Positions 8,116 through 16,575 are shown, counted from the stretch's first letter. The stretch: DNA of 24,000 nt from Olsenella sp. (GCA_022648325.1 JALCMG010000002.1:220449-244448); one strand, 5' to 3'. Notes: generated by a model not told the origin, from the letters alone. A program made the numbers and translations.

Positions 8116-9477
8116 TTACAGGTCATCGAAGGAGAGGTTATCCAGGTCTATGTCATCGCCAGATGTTGCGTCTGCAAGGACGCTCTGCTCCTCGCGCAGG
8201 TACTGATTGTCGATGACCTTGATGAAGGGCAGATAGACAAAAACTCCCATTACCAAGAGTAGTATCTGCAAGGCTCCACCAGCCCAGTTAGTTGCCAGAA
8301 CGCCGGAAATGCCAAGGGGCATGGTCCAAGGAACCTGCACGCCCGAGCAGATGGGCACAATTCCCCAAGCCATGGCGAAGTACGAGATAATGATGTTGAG
8401 CGAAGGCACCAATATAAACGGCACCGCAATAATCGGGTTCATGACGATTGGCAGGCCGAACACAATGGGTTCGTTGATGTTGAAGATGCCAGGAACCAGG
8501 GCAAGTCGGGAGAGCTGCTTGATTCGAGAGGACTTGCAAAAGAGAATCATCGCAATCAGAAGGGAAAGAGTCGACCCACAGCCGCCAAAAGTGGCGAAGA
8601 GGTCTTGGAACTGCTGGCAAATGATGTGACCTTGGCCCACGCCAGTCTTGAAGAACTCAAGGTTCTCAGCCGAGAGAGTCTGCAGGATGGGATTGTAGAC
8701 CGCACCTACTACGGAACCGCCGTTAATACCAAAGAACCAGAAAGCGTGCAGGAAAACGTAGGCGAGGAGCATAGCGCCAAGCGTATCGCCCAGACCCAGC
8801 AGCGGCGTCTGAAGGAACTTGAACACGAAATCGAACACGTTGGTGTTGCACATGCCGACAATGAGATTAATAAAGAAGAATACGGCCATCGTAATCGTGA
8901 TGGGAATCAGTGAGGAGAACGACTCCGTCACCGTAGGAGGAACGCCGGCGGGCATCTTGATGACCCAGCCGCGATTCTTGACCCCAGCGTAGAGAGCCGT
9001 GGCTCCAAAAGCGCAGAAAATGCCAACGAAGATGCCCTTCGCTCCAACCCAGCCCAGAGGGATACCGGAGAGAACTGCGTCAACCGCCGTCCCGTTCACG
9101 TCAACAGTGCCCGATACGGTGAAGGGCATGATGAGAAACCATGCCATAAGCGCTGCGGCAGCGGAGAATACCTTGTCGGTCTTGATTTGCGATGCGTAGC
9201 TATAGGCGATTCCGAACGTGGCAAACACAGCCATGAGACCAAAGGTAACGTCGGAGGGCTTCGATAGGTACGCTGCAAGGTTGCCATCGCCTATGGCGAT
9301 GCTCTCGCACCATTCGCTAAAACCGGGAACGGGCAGGTTTCCGATAATCAGGAAAATAGATCCCGCAATCAGCAATGGAGTGGAGATGAGAAAGCCGTCA
9401 CGAATGGCGATGAGGTACTTGTTTTTACCGATGGCCTCGGCAAGGGGCATAAGAACTTTTTCGATTTTCTCTAACAC
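8116..9477 (-). CDS. PTS EIIC component, lactose/cellobiose (Lac/Cel, chitobiose-type) family
   Basis: 453-aa polytopic membrane protein. The N-terminus MLEKIEKVLMPLAEAIGKNKYLIAIRDGF and internal motifs (NINEPIVFGLPIVMNP) are typical of CelB/ChbC-type EIIC. GTG start at 9477 with GAAGGAGG 6 nt upstream. Confidence 0.9.
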   Translation of the reverse strand: MLEKIEKVLMPLAEAIGKNKYLIAIRDGFLISTPLLIAGSIFLIIGNLPVPGFSEWCESIAIGDGNLAAYLSKPSDVTFGLMAVFATFGIAYSYASQIKTDKVFSAAAALMAWFLIMPFTVSGTVDVNGTAVDAVLSGIPLGWVGAKGIFVGIFCAFGATALYAGVKNRGWVIKMPAGVPPTVTESFSSLIPITITMAVFFFINLIVGMCNTNVFDFVFKFLQTPLLGLGDTLGAMLLAYVFLHAFWFFGINGGSVVGAVYNPILQTLSAENLEFFKTGVGQGHIICQQFQDLFATFGGCGSTLSLLIAMILFCKSSRIKQLSRLALVPGIFNINEPIVFGLPIVMNPIIAVPFILVPSLNIIISYFAMAWGIVPICSGVQVPWTMPLGISGVLATNWAGGALQILLLVMGVFVYLPFIKVIDNQYLREEQSVLADATSGDDIDLDNLSFDDL

Positions 9478-9507
9478 AAGGTGCCTCCTTCTCTCGGATA
9501 CTTTGTC

Positions 9508-9840
9508 CTACTTCCTGTATGACTTAATAAGCTTGATTGCGTATTTGAGCGATGCCTCACCGTCCATCATGCCGTAGGCAGTCTGATCGAGGAGGCCAAC
9601 GGGGGTGTCGTAGGTTTCCTCGATGCGCTGTTTGGTCTCCTTATACTGATAGCTCACCTGTGGACCAAGTAGGACGCATGCGGGATGTTCTTCAGCAACG
9701 ACCTCATCCACCTTGCCGATGGGATACGCACGCACTTCGATGGGCAGATTGTGAGCATCTCCCACCCCCTGCATGTTCTGCGCGAGCATGCTCGTAGACA
9801 TGCCGGCACTGCAGAAAAGATAAATCTTCTTGCTTGCCAT
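9508..9840 (-). CDS. PTS EIIB component, lactose/cellobiose family
   Basis: The ATG at 9840 gives MASKKIYLFCSAGMSTSMLAQNMQ, with the phospho-Cys in the LFCSAGMSTS loop typical of Cel-type EIIB, and a length of 110 aa. The longer ORF-track start at 9945 would overlap EIIA and is rejected. Confidence 0.9.
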   Translation of the reverse strand: MASKKIYLFCSAGMSTSMLAQNMQGVGDAHNLPIEVRAYPIGKVDEVVAEEHPACVLLGPQVSYQYKETKQRIEETYDTPVGLLDQTAYGMMDGEASLKYAIKLIKSYRK

Positions 9841-9871
9841 CTCTCTTTCCTCTCTATTTGCGACATCACGG

Positions 9872-10249
9872 TCACAAGTCCACAGTCGCGGAGACATCAT
9901 CTTCGCAAGTTCCCAAAAGCACCCCCTGCTCGGCCTTTTGAGCAAACAAATGGCGATATACCTCGATAAACTCTTGTGCCATAAGCTTGAAAGACTCTGC
10001 GGCCATCAGCTGGTCCTCGGCATGGGAAATAATCAGGGTCATGTTCACCGGGTCTCCTCCCGCCTCGCGTTGGATGAGCGCAGCATGGACATCATGACCG
10101 GCCAAGTACTTCTCATCTCCTTTCTTCATGAGCTCTTCGGCATGATTGAAGTCACCCTCTCTTGCAGCGCGCACCGCCTCTACGTAGGCACTGCGCGCTC
10201 CGCCTACGACAGCGATGATCTGGAAACTCGTTTTGAACAGTTCATCCAT
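9872..10249 (-). CDS. PTS EIIA component, lactose/cellobiose family
   Basis: 125-aa helical protein. IIAVVGGARSAYVEAVRAAREGDFNHAEELMKKGDEKYLAGHDVHAALIQ...ISHAEDQLM matches the Lac/Cel EIIA fold, with the phospho-His in the HAEDQLM region. Its ATG lies 2 nt after the regulator's TAA. Confidence 0.9.
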   Translation of the reverse strand: MDELFKTSFQIIAVVGGARSAYVEAVRAAREGDFNHAEELMKKGDEKYLAGHDVHAALIQREAGGDPVNMTLIISHAEDQLMAAESFKLMAQEFIEVYRHLFAQKAEQGVLLGTCEDDVSATVDL

Positions 10250-10251
10250 CG

Positions 10252-12189
10252 TTACTTTCCTTCCAGCTCGCTCAGGAGAACCTCGTAGCGCCTATCGGCG
10301 AGAAGTCTCTGAATGGATTGCTCACTCATGAGCATCTTCGTCATCGAGCGATAGAACGCCTCTGAGCCGGACCCAGCATCGCGCGAGACGCAAACCATGA
10401 ACACAGCACACACTTTGCGACCGCCCCAGTCGATAGCGTGAGACAGCAGAGCCACGGCGACGAATGTCCTTGGGCTCACCGCTTCAAGAGGATGGGGTAG
10501 CGCCACCAGGTTCCCATAGGCCGTCGACGAGGCTCGCTCGCGGGCCCACACCAGCTCCTGGAAGTTATCTGGGAGCTCAACCGCCTGGGTGCAGCGATCG
10601 CACAAAAAACTGATGACATCCTCGCGCGTGCCGATCGAGACGTTTGCGAAGAAGAGCTTGGGAGAGAAGCACTCACTCGTAGATGGCTCCGCGACACGGC
10701 GAAGCGCATGCTTCACGTCGGCACTGCCGGTCTCGTCAATGAATGGGCTCACGTGGACCACTGGGATAGTGGTGCGACGAGCAAGGGGAGCCGTTGTAAA
10801 GATGTAATCAACTCCATCGAGCTTATACTCGTCGAAATCACTTACATCACAGGTATCCACTATTCCAAAGTCATTGCTAAACTCCTGTTGCAGCTGATAG
10901 GCAAGGAGACGGGCACCTACCCCGGTGGTGCATACCACAAGCGCGTGTTTTTTGGCCCTTTCCGTCTTGGCTCGCTCGAGCGCCAGTGCAAAGATCAGGG
11001 CAACGTATCCCACCTCATCATCAGATATCTTCGCTTGATAGCGCTCTGCAAGCAGGGCAAGCGCGTCGGCCGCCATTGCAAAGGACAGGGGATAGTGCAC
11101 CCGAATATCCTCCAGCAGAGGGTTTTTCAGCATCATGTGATAGCGAAGGCGAACTATGAGCGGCATGGTATGCCGCGCAAGGTTCATGCGCAGTTCCACA
11201 TCATTGCGGAAATCAAAACGGAAGGCTCGCCAAACTGTCTCAAGCATCTCGGCAGCCAAATTCCAGGCCTCATCCGTCACCTCAAGCCCAGATTCGGCAG
11301 CGTAGCCAGATGCGGACGAGACCCCGTCCATACCAAGCCCGCGCGCGTCCTCAATCAAGCGTTTGCTCGCCAGGTGGATGGCGATATAGGCCACCTCCTC
11401 CTCGGGAAGGTCAACGGAGAAAGACTCTTCGATGGCCTGAGCTATCACAGTGGCGACAGCCCATTCCGAACTGCCCTGCACACTCTCCATTTGAAAAGTC
11501 TCCATGGGCATGTAGCAGCCCTTGCCAATACGCGCCAGCGCAATGGCGAGGTGTATCACGAGGTTTTGGTGTAACACTGGGTTGACCTTGTAGTTCTCAC
11601 GCTTAAGCGTGGCGTCTACGCACCTGCCCACCTCATTCAGCATCGAGGGGGATATCGCACCGCCCAAGCCGTCGGCCTCAAGGTGTGCGTTGATAACCGC
11701 ACTTGCAAGGCAGAGTCGCTTGTCAATCTCACTGCCGCTGACCCGAATGCCGTAGCGGGGACGCCTCTCGATAACAAGGTCGAACTTCTCAAACGTGCGT
11801 TCGAGAACCTGAAGGTCGCTCGAAATGGTAGATCGTGAAACGAGAAGTAATCCCGCCAACTCCTCGAGCGTAATCCAATCCGAGCGCGAAAGAAGGTATT
11901 GCTGCAGATAAACCACACGCTCGCTTGGTGTAGAGGGGAGGCGGTCATATGCATTATGGGCAAGCCGGCCCGAAACCCAAGTGTCAAAGCCCTGTTGATC
12001 AGAAATGTTCACGACGTAGGCACCTCGAGCGCGGTCATATGAGATGAGAGCAGCACCCGCCATAGAAGCGTTCGCCCGATGGATGCAATCGCGCATGGCG
12101 CGTTTTCTAACGCCAAGATGGGCAGAAAGCTCATCCGGGGAGACGCCCTGCTGACTCAAAAGATACCGTACGAGCTGTATGTCATTCAT
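10252..12189 (-). CDS. PRD-domain PTS regulator (HTH - PRD - PRD - EIIB-like - EIIA-like; LicR/MtlR-type activator architecture)
   Basis: 645 aa. It has N-terminal HTH/Mga-like DNA-binding modules (ITLEELAGLLLVSRSTISSDLQVLE) and two PRD-like regions with conserved His (IHLAIALARI, IAIHLASKRL, YVALIFALALERA). An EIIB-like segment (ALVVCTTGVGARLLAYQLQ) and a C-terminal EIIA(Mtl/Fru)-like segment (VALPHPLEAV) follow. GGAGGGGG lies 5 nt upstream of the ATG at 12189. Confidence 0.85.
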   Translation of the reverse strand: MNDIQLVRYLLSQQGVSPDELSAHLGVRKRAMRDCIHRANASMAGAALISYDRARGAYVVNISDQQGFDTWVSGRLAHNAYDRLPSTPSERVVYLQQYLLSRSDWITLEELAGLLLVSRSTISSDLQVLERTFEKFDLVIERRPRYGIRVSGSEIDKRLCLASAVINAHLEADGLGGAISPSMLNEVGRCVDATLKRENYKVNPVLHQNLVIHLAIALARIGKGCYMPMETFQMESVQGSSEWAVATVIAQAIEESFSVDLPEEEVAYIAIHLASKRLIEDARGLGMDGVSSASGYAAESGLEVTDEAWNLAAEMLETVWRAFRFDFRNDVELRMNLARHTMPLIVRLRYHMMLKNPLLEDIRVHYPLSFAMAADALALLAERYQAKISDDEVGYVALIFALALERAKTERAKKHALVVCTTGVGARLLAYQLQQEFSNDFGIVDTCDVSDFDEYKLDGVDYIFTTAPLARRTTIPVVHVSPFIDETGSADVKHALRRVAEPSTSECFSPKLFFANVSIGTREDVISFLCDRCTQAVELPDNFQELVWARERASSTAYGNLVALPHPLEAVSPRTFVAVALLSHAIDWGGRKVCAVFMVCVSRDAGSGSEAFYRSMTKMLMSEQSIQRLLADRRYEVLLSELEGK

Positions 12190-12359
12190 TCTGTCCCCCT
12201 CCAGTATCCCTCATGCTACTCACGCAGAACCCCCCTCTCAAGGCCGTGTGATGCCGCCTCTCGCGGCAGCAATCCTGCACAAAACAATTGATGGGAGCAC
12301 TTCCATTGCCATCACGGTTGGCGAGGCGCCTAGGGTCGCTAGCTCACATCACGAAGTAT

Positions 12360-12388
12360 GAGACCGGGCTCACAACAAGTCCGGTCTC
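12360..12388 (-). terminator. Stem-loop downstream of the DUF871 gene (putative intrinsic terminator)
   Basis: GAGACCGG (12360-12367) and CCGGTCTC (12381-12388) form a perfect 8-bp stem with a 13-nt loop, 83 nt downstream of the DUF871 stop on the minus strand. The trailing U-run is poor (CATACTTCG). Confidence 0.45.
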
Positions 12389-12470
12389 ATTGTCAGATGG
12401 CAGCCAACCGCGAATTGTGCAGGTGTGGCAGACGATAAATGGTCACTCCTTGAGTTGAATAGGCGAATTC

Positions 12471-13559
12471 TTAGCGAATAAATTCGAACGGGTACTCAGG
12501 CTTGATGTAGTCCAGCAGGAATAGCTCCTCCGCTGGAATACGCCCCACACGGTTGCGCGTACCATCGTTGGGCATGTCGCGCAAGGCGATATGCAGCTCA
12601 CCACGATAATGAGCAAGGTTATCGTTCACCACAAGTACGTCACCACGGTGGAACGCCTCTGCCTTCACATTGCGTACGGGCACGGAGCGGTCGCAGAAGT
12701 CCATGCGGGGCAGACTCGACCGCAGCAGGTAAGCCGAGGAGTCAACTCGCTCAGCGTGGTCGTAACCCCACAGCACCTTGCGCTCCTCAGCAGTAGCGTC
12801 CGAATCAAACTCGACGCGCAGGGTAATACGCGTGGTGTCTACCGCAGCCATGGCGGCAAGTTCTTTCTCGCTGGCAAACGCGTTGCCGATGAGTATGTCA
12901 TCGACCAGGCCTGTGGCAATCAGGTGGCGCAGTTGCAGATCAATGGGGCGATGACGGTCATCCTCACAGGTGGGCAGACCCGCGAACACTGGCCAAGGAC
13001 CGAAGGTTTTCGGCTGTTGGCTTGAGACGAAAGCTGCCGTCTGAAAGCCTTGGGCCTTGTACGAGGCAGAGAGTTCCACAAAACGCTTCTCCGACATGCC
13101 CGTAAAGGGCTCGGGAAAGAAGTTGGCGCACGTAGTCATGTTTCTGCCGTCCGCGCCGCGCTGAACCAGCAGACTCAGGGGGAGGTTGCAACTGCCGTTG
13201 AACTCAACCTTGATGCCGGACCGATTATGCGTTAGCAAGATGTCTCCCGCATCGCCAAAGTGACCGTCCAAGCGGATGATATCCACGCCCAGCTTCTTGA
13301 AGGGGTCAAGGTTGCCCGGCGTGGCACCCAAGCGGTCAAACACCTGTTCGTTGGTATCGACGGAGACTTCAAAGCCCAACTCGTGCGCGTGCCTCGTGAA
13401 TCCAGAGAACTCTTTGGTGGTTTCCTGGGCATCCTTTTGGACCGAAAGCAGACAGGTGAAGATGCGGCTGAAACCATATCGCGCCGCAAGCTCCATATAC
13501 GCGGCATCATTCTGTGGATTAGAGTGCTCGGGATAGAGAGAGATTCCAAGGCGATGCAT
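12471..13559 (-). CDS. DUF871 family protein (MupG-like 6-phospho-N-acetylmuramidase / 6-phospho-glycoside hydrolase family)
   Basis: The N-terminus MHRLGISLYPEHSNPQNDAAYMELAARYGFSRIFTCLLSV matches the DUF871/MupG pattern (LGIS.YP....e....Y...A...GF.RIFTsLL). At 362 aa it fits the TIM-barrel plus beta-sandwich architecture. AGAGGGGGGAG lies upstream of the ATG at 13559. Confidence 0.8.
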   Translation of the reverse strand: MHRLGISLYPEHSNPQNDAAYMELAARYGFSRIFTCLLSVQKDAQETTKEFSGFTRHAHELGFEVSVDTNEQVFDRLGATPGNLDPFKKLGVDIIRLDGHFGDAGDILLTHNRSGIKVEFNGSCNLPLSLLVQRGADGRNMTTCANFFPEPFTGMSEKRFVELSASYKAQGFQTAAFVSSQQPKTFGPWPVFAGLPTCEDDRHRPIDLQLRHLIATGLVDDILIGNAFASEKELAAMAAVDTTRITLRVEFDSDATAEERKVLWGYDHAERVDSSAYLLRSSLPRMDFCDRSVPVRNVKAEAFHRGDVLVVNDNLAHYRGELHIALRDMPNDGTRNRVGRIPAEELFLLDYIKPEYPFEFIR

Positions 13560-13784
13560 GCGCAGCGCTCCCCCCTCTTTGTTGGCACCCTGTGCCGAGC
13601 GATGAAACGCGCCCGGAAAGGCGCTCTTGTGTCATGCTACCAGCCCCGCGAGATCCGCTCAATCGAACGCAATGCCGCATGCAGCGGCAGCCAATATGCA
13701 CAATACGCGGGCAAAGGACGCCTTGGGAGGGGTACTCTCTATCAAGGACCAATACAAGTGCCAGAGAGATTGAGGAAGAGCGCC

Positions 13785-14474
13785 ATGGCCCTACTCAAGG
13801 AGTTCTGCGCCGAAAACATGGAGCACGTCCCCGCCGCCATCGATGCCGGCGCAGGCCGCATCGAGCTCTGCGACAACCTGGCCGTCGGAGGTACAAGCCC
13901 CAGCTATGGCGTTATTCGCGCCGCAGTATCCTACGCCGACGAGCATGGGGTGGCCATAATGGCGATGGCTCGGCCACGCGGCGGAAACTTTGTCTACACC
14001 GAGATCGAGGCGCAGATGCTACTCGATGACATTGCAGTTGCACGTGGACTTGGCGTGACCGGCGTGGTCTTTGGCTGCGTACGCAGGGCGGAGAATGGCT
14101 CTGCAGCCATCGATGCCAACCTCACCTCCCAGCTCGTTGAGGCCGCCAAGGGTCCGCGAGCCAGGACAGGCGGCTGCGCAGGTGCTCCGGTGCAGGTGAC
14201 CTTCCACATGGCCTTTGATGTCCTTGACGAGGAGCACCAGCTTCAGGCCATTGACATCTTGTCCCGGCTGGGCGTCGAGCGCATCCTTACCCACGGCGGT
14301 GCGGCGGGCACGCCCATCGCAGACAACCTCAGCCACCTGCGTCACCTGATCTCCTACGCAAACGGTCGCGTGCGCATTCTCCCCGGCGGCGGCATCACCT
14401 GGCAAAACGCCGAGGGAATAGCCAAGGCTCTCTATACGGAGGAGGTCCATGGCACCAAAATCGTCAAGATTTAG
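13785..14474 (+). CDS. cutC: CutC family protein (copper homeostasis protein CutC; TIM barrel of uncertain function)
   Basis: The ATG at 13785, with GAGGAAGAG upstream, gives MALLKEFCAENMEHVPAAIDAGAGRIELCDNLAVGGTSPSYG...MARPRGGNFVY...VTFHMAFD...ILTHGG, the canonical CutC pattern. The first 175 codons of ORF 13260..14474 are antisense to the DUF871 gene and are rejected. Confidence 0.85.
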   Translation: MALLKEFCAENMEHVPAAIDAGAGRIELCDNLAVGGTSPSYGVIRAAVSYADEHGVAIMAMARPRGGNFVYTEIEAQMLLDDIAVARGLGVTGVVFGCVRRAENGSAAIDANLTSQLVEAAKGPRARTGGCAGAPVQVTFHMAFDVLDEEHQLQAIDILSRLGVERILTHGGAAGTPIADNLSHLRHLISYANGRVRILPGGGITWQNAEGIAKALYTEEVHGTKIVKI

Positions 14475-14479
14475 CCAGC

Positions 14480-15330
14480 GTCCAGTCACGTACCGCACCA
14501 GCTGAAATACCGGCTGTGTTGCGCATCGCTCCCCCTGACGTCAATGCCATATAACCGTTTGACTCGATTTAGAGAGCCAATCCCATGTCGACGGAGGTGA
14601 CGACGTCGAGCTACTTGTTGGGGGTGGGTCAGTCACACGGGTGGCAGATTCGACTGTTATGAGAACGATTGTCCGGGAGCAGACAGGAGGCGTTGTCCTC
14701 ATTCCAATATTCGCCGTTTGTCTCGAGGACAATGGCCTCGCCGGGGTTCCAATCCTTGAGTTTGAAGGGGCCGGTGCCGCAAGGAGCCTTGGAGAAATCT
14801 CCCTCGTCCTTGTCTAACGCCGTGGGCGAAACAATTGGAAGGCCCGGGGCCATGGCGAGGTTTTTCGCAAAGGGAGTGCAAGCTGTGCGCGGAGCGCAGC
14901 TTACGGCGTAGCCTTGCCAAGAACCTCGGCAGTTCTTACGCCCGCACCAGACTCCTCGGAGCCAACGACCAGCTCGGCATAACCCATGCCCTCCTTGGCC
15001 ACAGAGCTCATCTGACGCTCGAAGTTCTTTGCCGCAGCGTCGGCGTTAAAGTCGGTGCCGTCGTGGAACTTGGGATCTTGTCGCAGGTGGAAGGTATAGG
15101 TAAAACCATCATTGAGCGCGCCGGAGGGCTCGGCAAGGCATGGTTCGGCCTCCTAGAGATCGGGCTTAAGGTGAAAGAGCCCCTCATGGATGCTGGCACA
15201 GAGTTCCAGGGAGCCGAGGTCATTGACCAGGGCGAGGCCTTAATACCGCTACCACCCCGAAGCATGGTGGTTGCAGGCTCCCGGATGGCTAGTTTCTCAT
15301 CCCAATGTCCCAACCCCTCCAAGGACAGCT
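14480..15330 (-). pseudogene. Decayed ABC transporter substrate-binding protein, family 5 (oligopeptide/dipeptide/nickel type)
   Basis: Minus-strand fragments in different frames resemble SBP family 5. They include LVNDLGSLELCASIHEGLFHLKPDL*EAEPCLAEPSGALNDGFTYTFHLRQDPKFHDGTDFNADAAAKNFERQ (in-frame TAG at 15153-15155). After a frameshift near 14920 comes GYAVSCAPRTACTPFAKNLAMAPGLPIVSPTALDKDEGDFSKAPCGTGPFKLKDWNPGEAIVLETNGEYWNED. Further shifted remnants are TIVLITVESATRVTD and LDVVTSVD. Roughly the C-terminal 40% is missing. Boundaries are approximate. Confidence 0.7.
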
Positions 15331-15616
15331 ACCGCACGGGCATGTCGGGACAAACGGCTTCTGGCCCATCGCCCGAGTTGGTCTTATTCCTGCAGAGGAC
15401 TTCTGCCAGGCAGTTCTTTCCCACATGCTGGCAGCGTTCCACGCTGGTAACCATCAGACATTTTCCCAAGCAGGACGCTGGCCTTCTCAGCAATCACGCG
15501 CGGTTTCGCCGTTTAAATGTCGCGGTGGCTCATCCCAGAGCCTCAGGCGCACTCCAAGGTTGTCTTTCTCGGCAAGCCGGCCAGGCGCTCGCCCTCCCCG
15601 CCCCCGTCGCCACACG

Positions 15617-15646
15617 AAAAGGCCCGCCCGGACATGCCGGACGGGC
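15617..15646 (-). terminator. Rho-independent terminator of fba
   Basis: The minus strand reads GCCCGTCCGG-CATGT-CCGGGCGGGC (5+4 bp stem with one mismatch) followed by CTTTTCG, about 57 nt downstream of the fba stop codon. Confidence 0.6.
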
Positions 15647-15702
15647 TCTCAAAACGCTATGCAGCGAGCGGAGCTTGCGGTACCGCTCGCAGCGGCAAGC
15701 CG

Positions 15703-16575
15703 CTAGTTCCAGCCCTTGCCGTCGGAGCCAAACTCCTTGATGAGCTCCTCGGTGCGCTCCTTGATGGCCTCGCGACCAGGCTTGAGGAGCTTGCGGGGAT
15801 CGTAGCCCTTGCCCTGCTTGTCGAGGCCCTCCTCGATGTACTTGCGGGTAGCGGCCGCGAAGACGAGCTGGAGGTCGGTGTTGACGTTGATCTTGGAGAT
15901 GCCCAGTGAGATGGCCTTCTTCACCTGGTCGACAGGGATGCCGGTGCCGCCGTGGAGGACGAGAGGCAGGTCGCCCGTCTTGGCCTTGATCTCCTGGAGA
16001 CGATCGAAGGACAGGCCCTCCCAGTTGGCGGGATAGATGCCGTGGATGTTGCCAATGCCGCAGGCGAGGAAGTCAACGCCCAGGTCGGCGATGGCCTTGC
16101 ACTGCTCAGGGTCGGCCAGCTCGCCCCTGGCGGTAACGCCGTCCTCGGTGCCGCCAATGCCGCCGACCTCGGCCTCGACGGAGATGCCCTTGCTGTGGGC
16201 AAGCTTCACGATCTCGGCGGTGTGGGCGAGGTTGGTCTCGAAGTCCTTCTCGTGCGAGCCGTCGTACATGACGGAGGTGAAGCCGGCGTCGATGCACTCA
16301 AGGGCGGCCTCGTAGGAGCCGTGATCGAGGTGAAGGGCAACGGGCACGGTGATGTTCTTGGCCTCGACGAGGTCCTTCACCATGTCGGCAACGACCTTGA
16401 AGGAAGTCTGCCACTTGGCGGCACCGCTGGTGCACTGGATGATGAGCGGCGACTGGAGCTCCTCACCAGCGTCCAGAATGGAAGAAGCCCACTCGAGGTT
16501 GTTGGTGTTGAAGGCACCAATACCATAGTGGCCCTTCTCGGCGCTCTGAAGCATTGCGGTTGCATTGACGAGCAT
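15703..16575 (-). CDS. fba: Class II fructose-1,6-bisphosphate aldolase
   Basis: MLVNATAMLQSAEKGHYGIGAFNTNNLEW...PVALHLDHG...GGTEDG...VLHGGTGIP are class II FBA/tagatose-BP aldolase motifs. The ATG at 16575 has GGAGG 7 nt upstream, and the longer 16623 start has no SD. Confidence 0.9.
   Translation of the reverse strand: MLVNATAMLQSAEKGHYGIGAFNTNNLEWASSILDAGEELQSPLIIQCTSGAAKWQTSFKVVADMVKDLVEAKNITVPVALHLDHGSYEAALECIDAGFTSVMYDGSHEKDFETNLAHTAEIVKLAHSKGISVEAEVGGIGGTEDGVTARGELADPEQCKAIADLGVDFLACGIGNIHGIYPANWEGLSFDRLQEIKAKTGDLPLVLHGGTGIPVDQVKKAISLGISKINVNTDLQLVFAAATRKYIEEGLDKQGKGYDPRKLLKPGREAIKERTEELIKEFGSDGKGWN

Noticed and set aside
10708-11574. 288-aa plus-strand ORF inside the PRD regulator gene
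   Set aside because: It lies antisense to a 645-aa regulator with clear HTH/PRD/EIIB/EIIA modules. It has no SD and no family resemblance.
13260-13784. N-terminal 175 codons of the 404-aa ORF 13260..14474
   Set aside because: This part is antisense to the DUF871 gene and its promoter region. CutC homology begins at the Met at 13785, which has its own SD.
3100-14480. Calling the low-GC block a mobile element or genomic island with defined ends
   Set aside because: No integrase, transposase, tRNA target or flanking direct repeats are detectable by eye. Only the compositional shift and the adjacent pseudogene support horizontal origin, so it is reported as a finding and not as a mobile_element feature.
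14835-15740. 301-aa plus-strand ORF and several ~100-aa ORFs on both strands between cutC and fba
   Set aside because: The region is better explained as a frameshifted SBP-family-5 pseudogene on the minus strand. The plus-strand ORF is its antisense shadow and also runs through the fba terminator.
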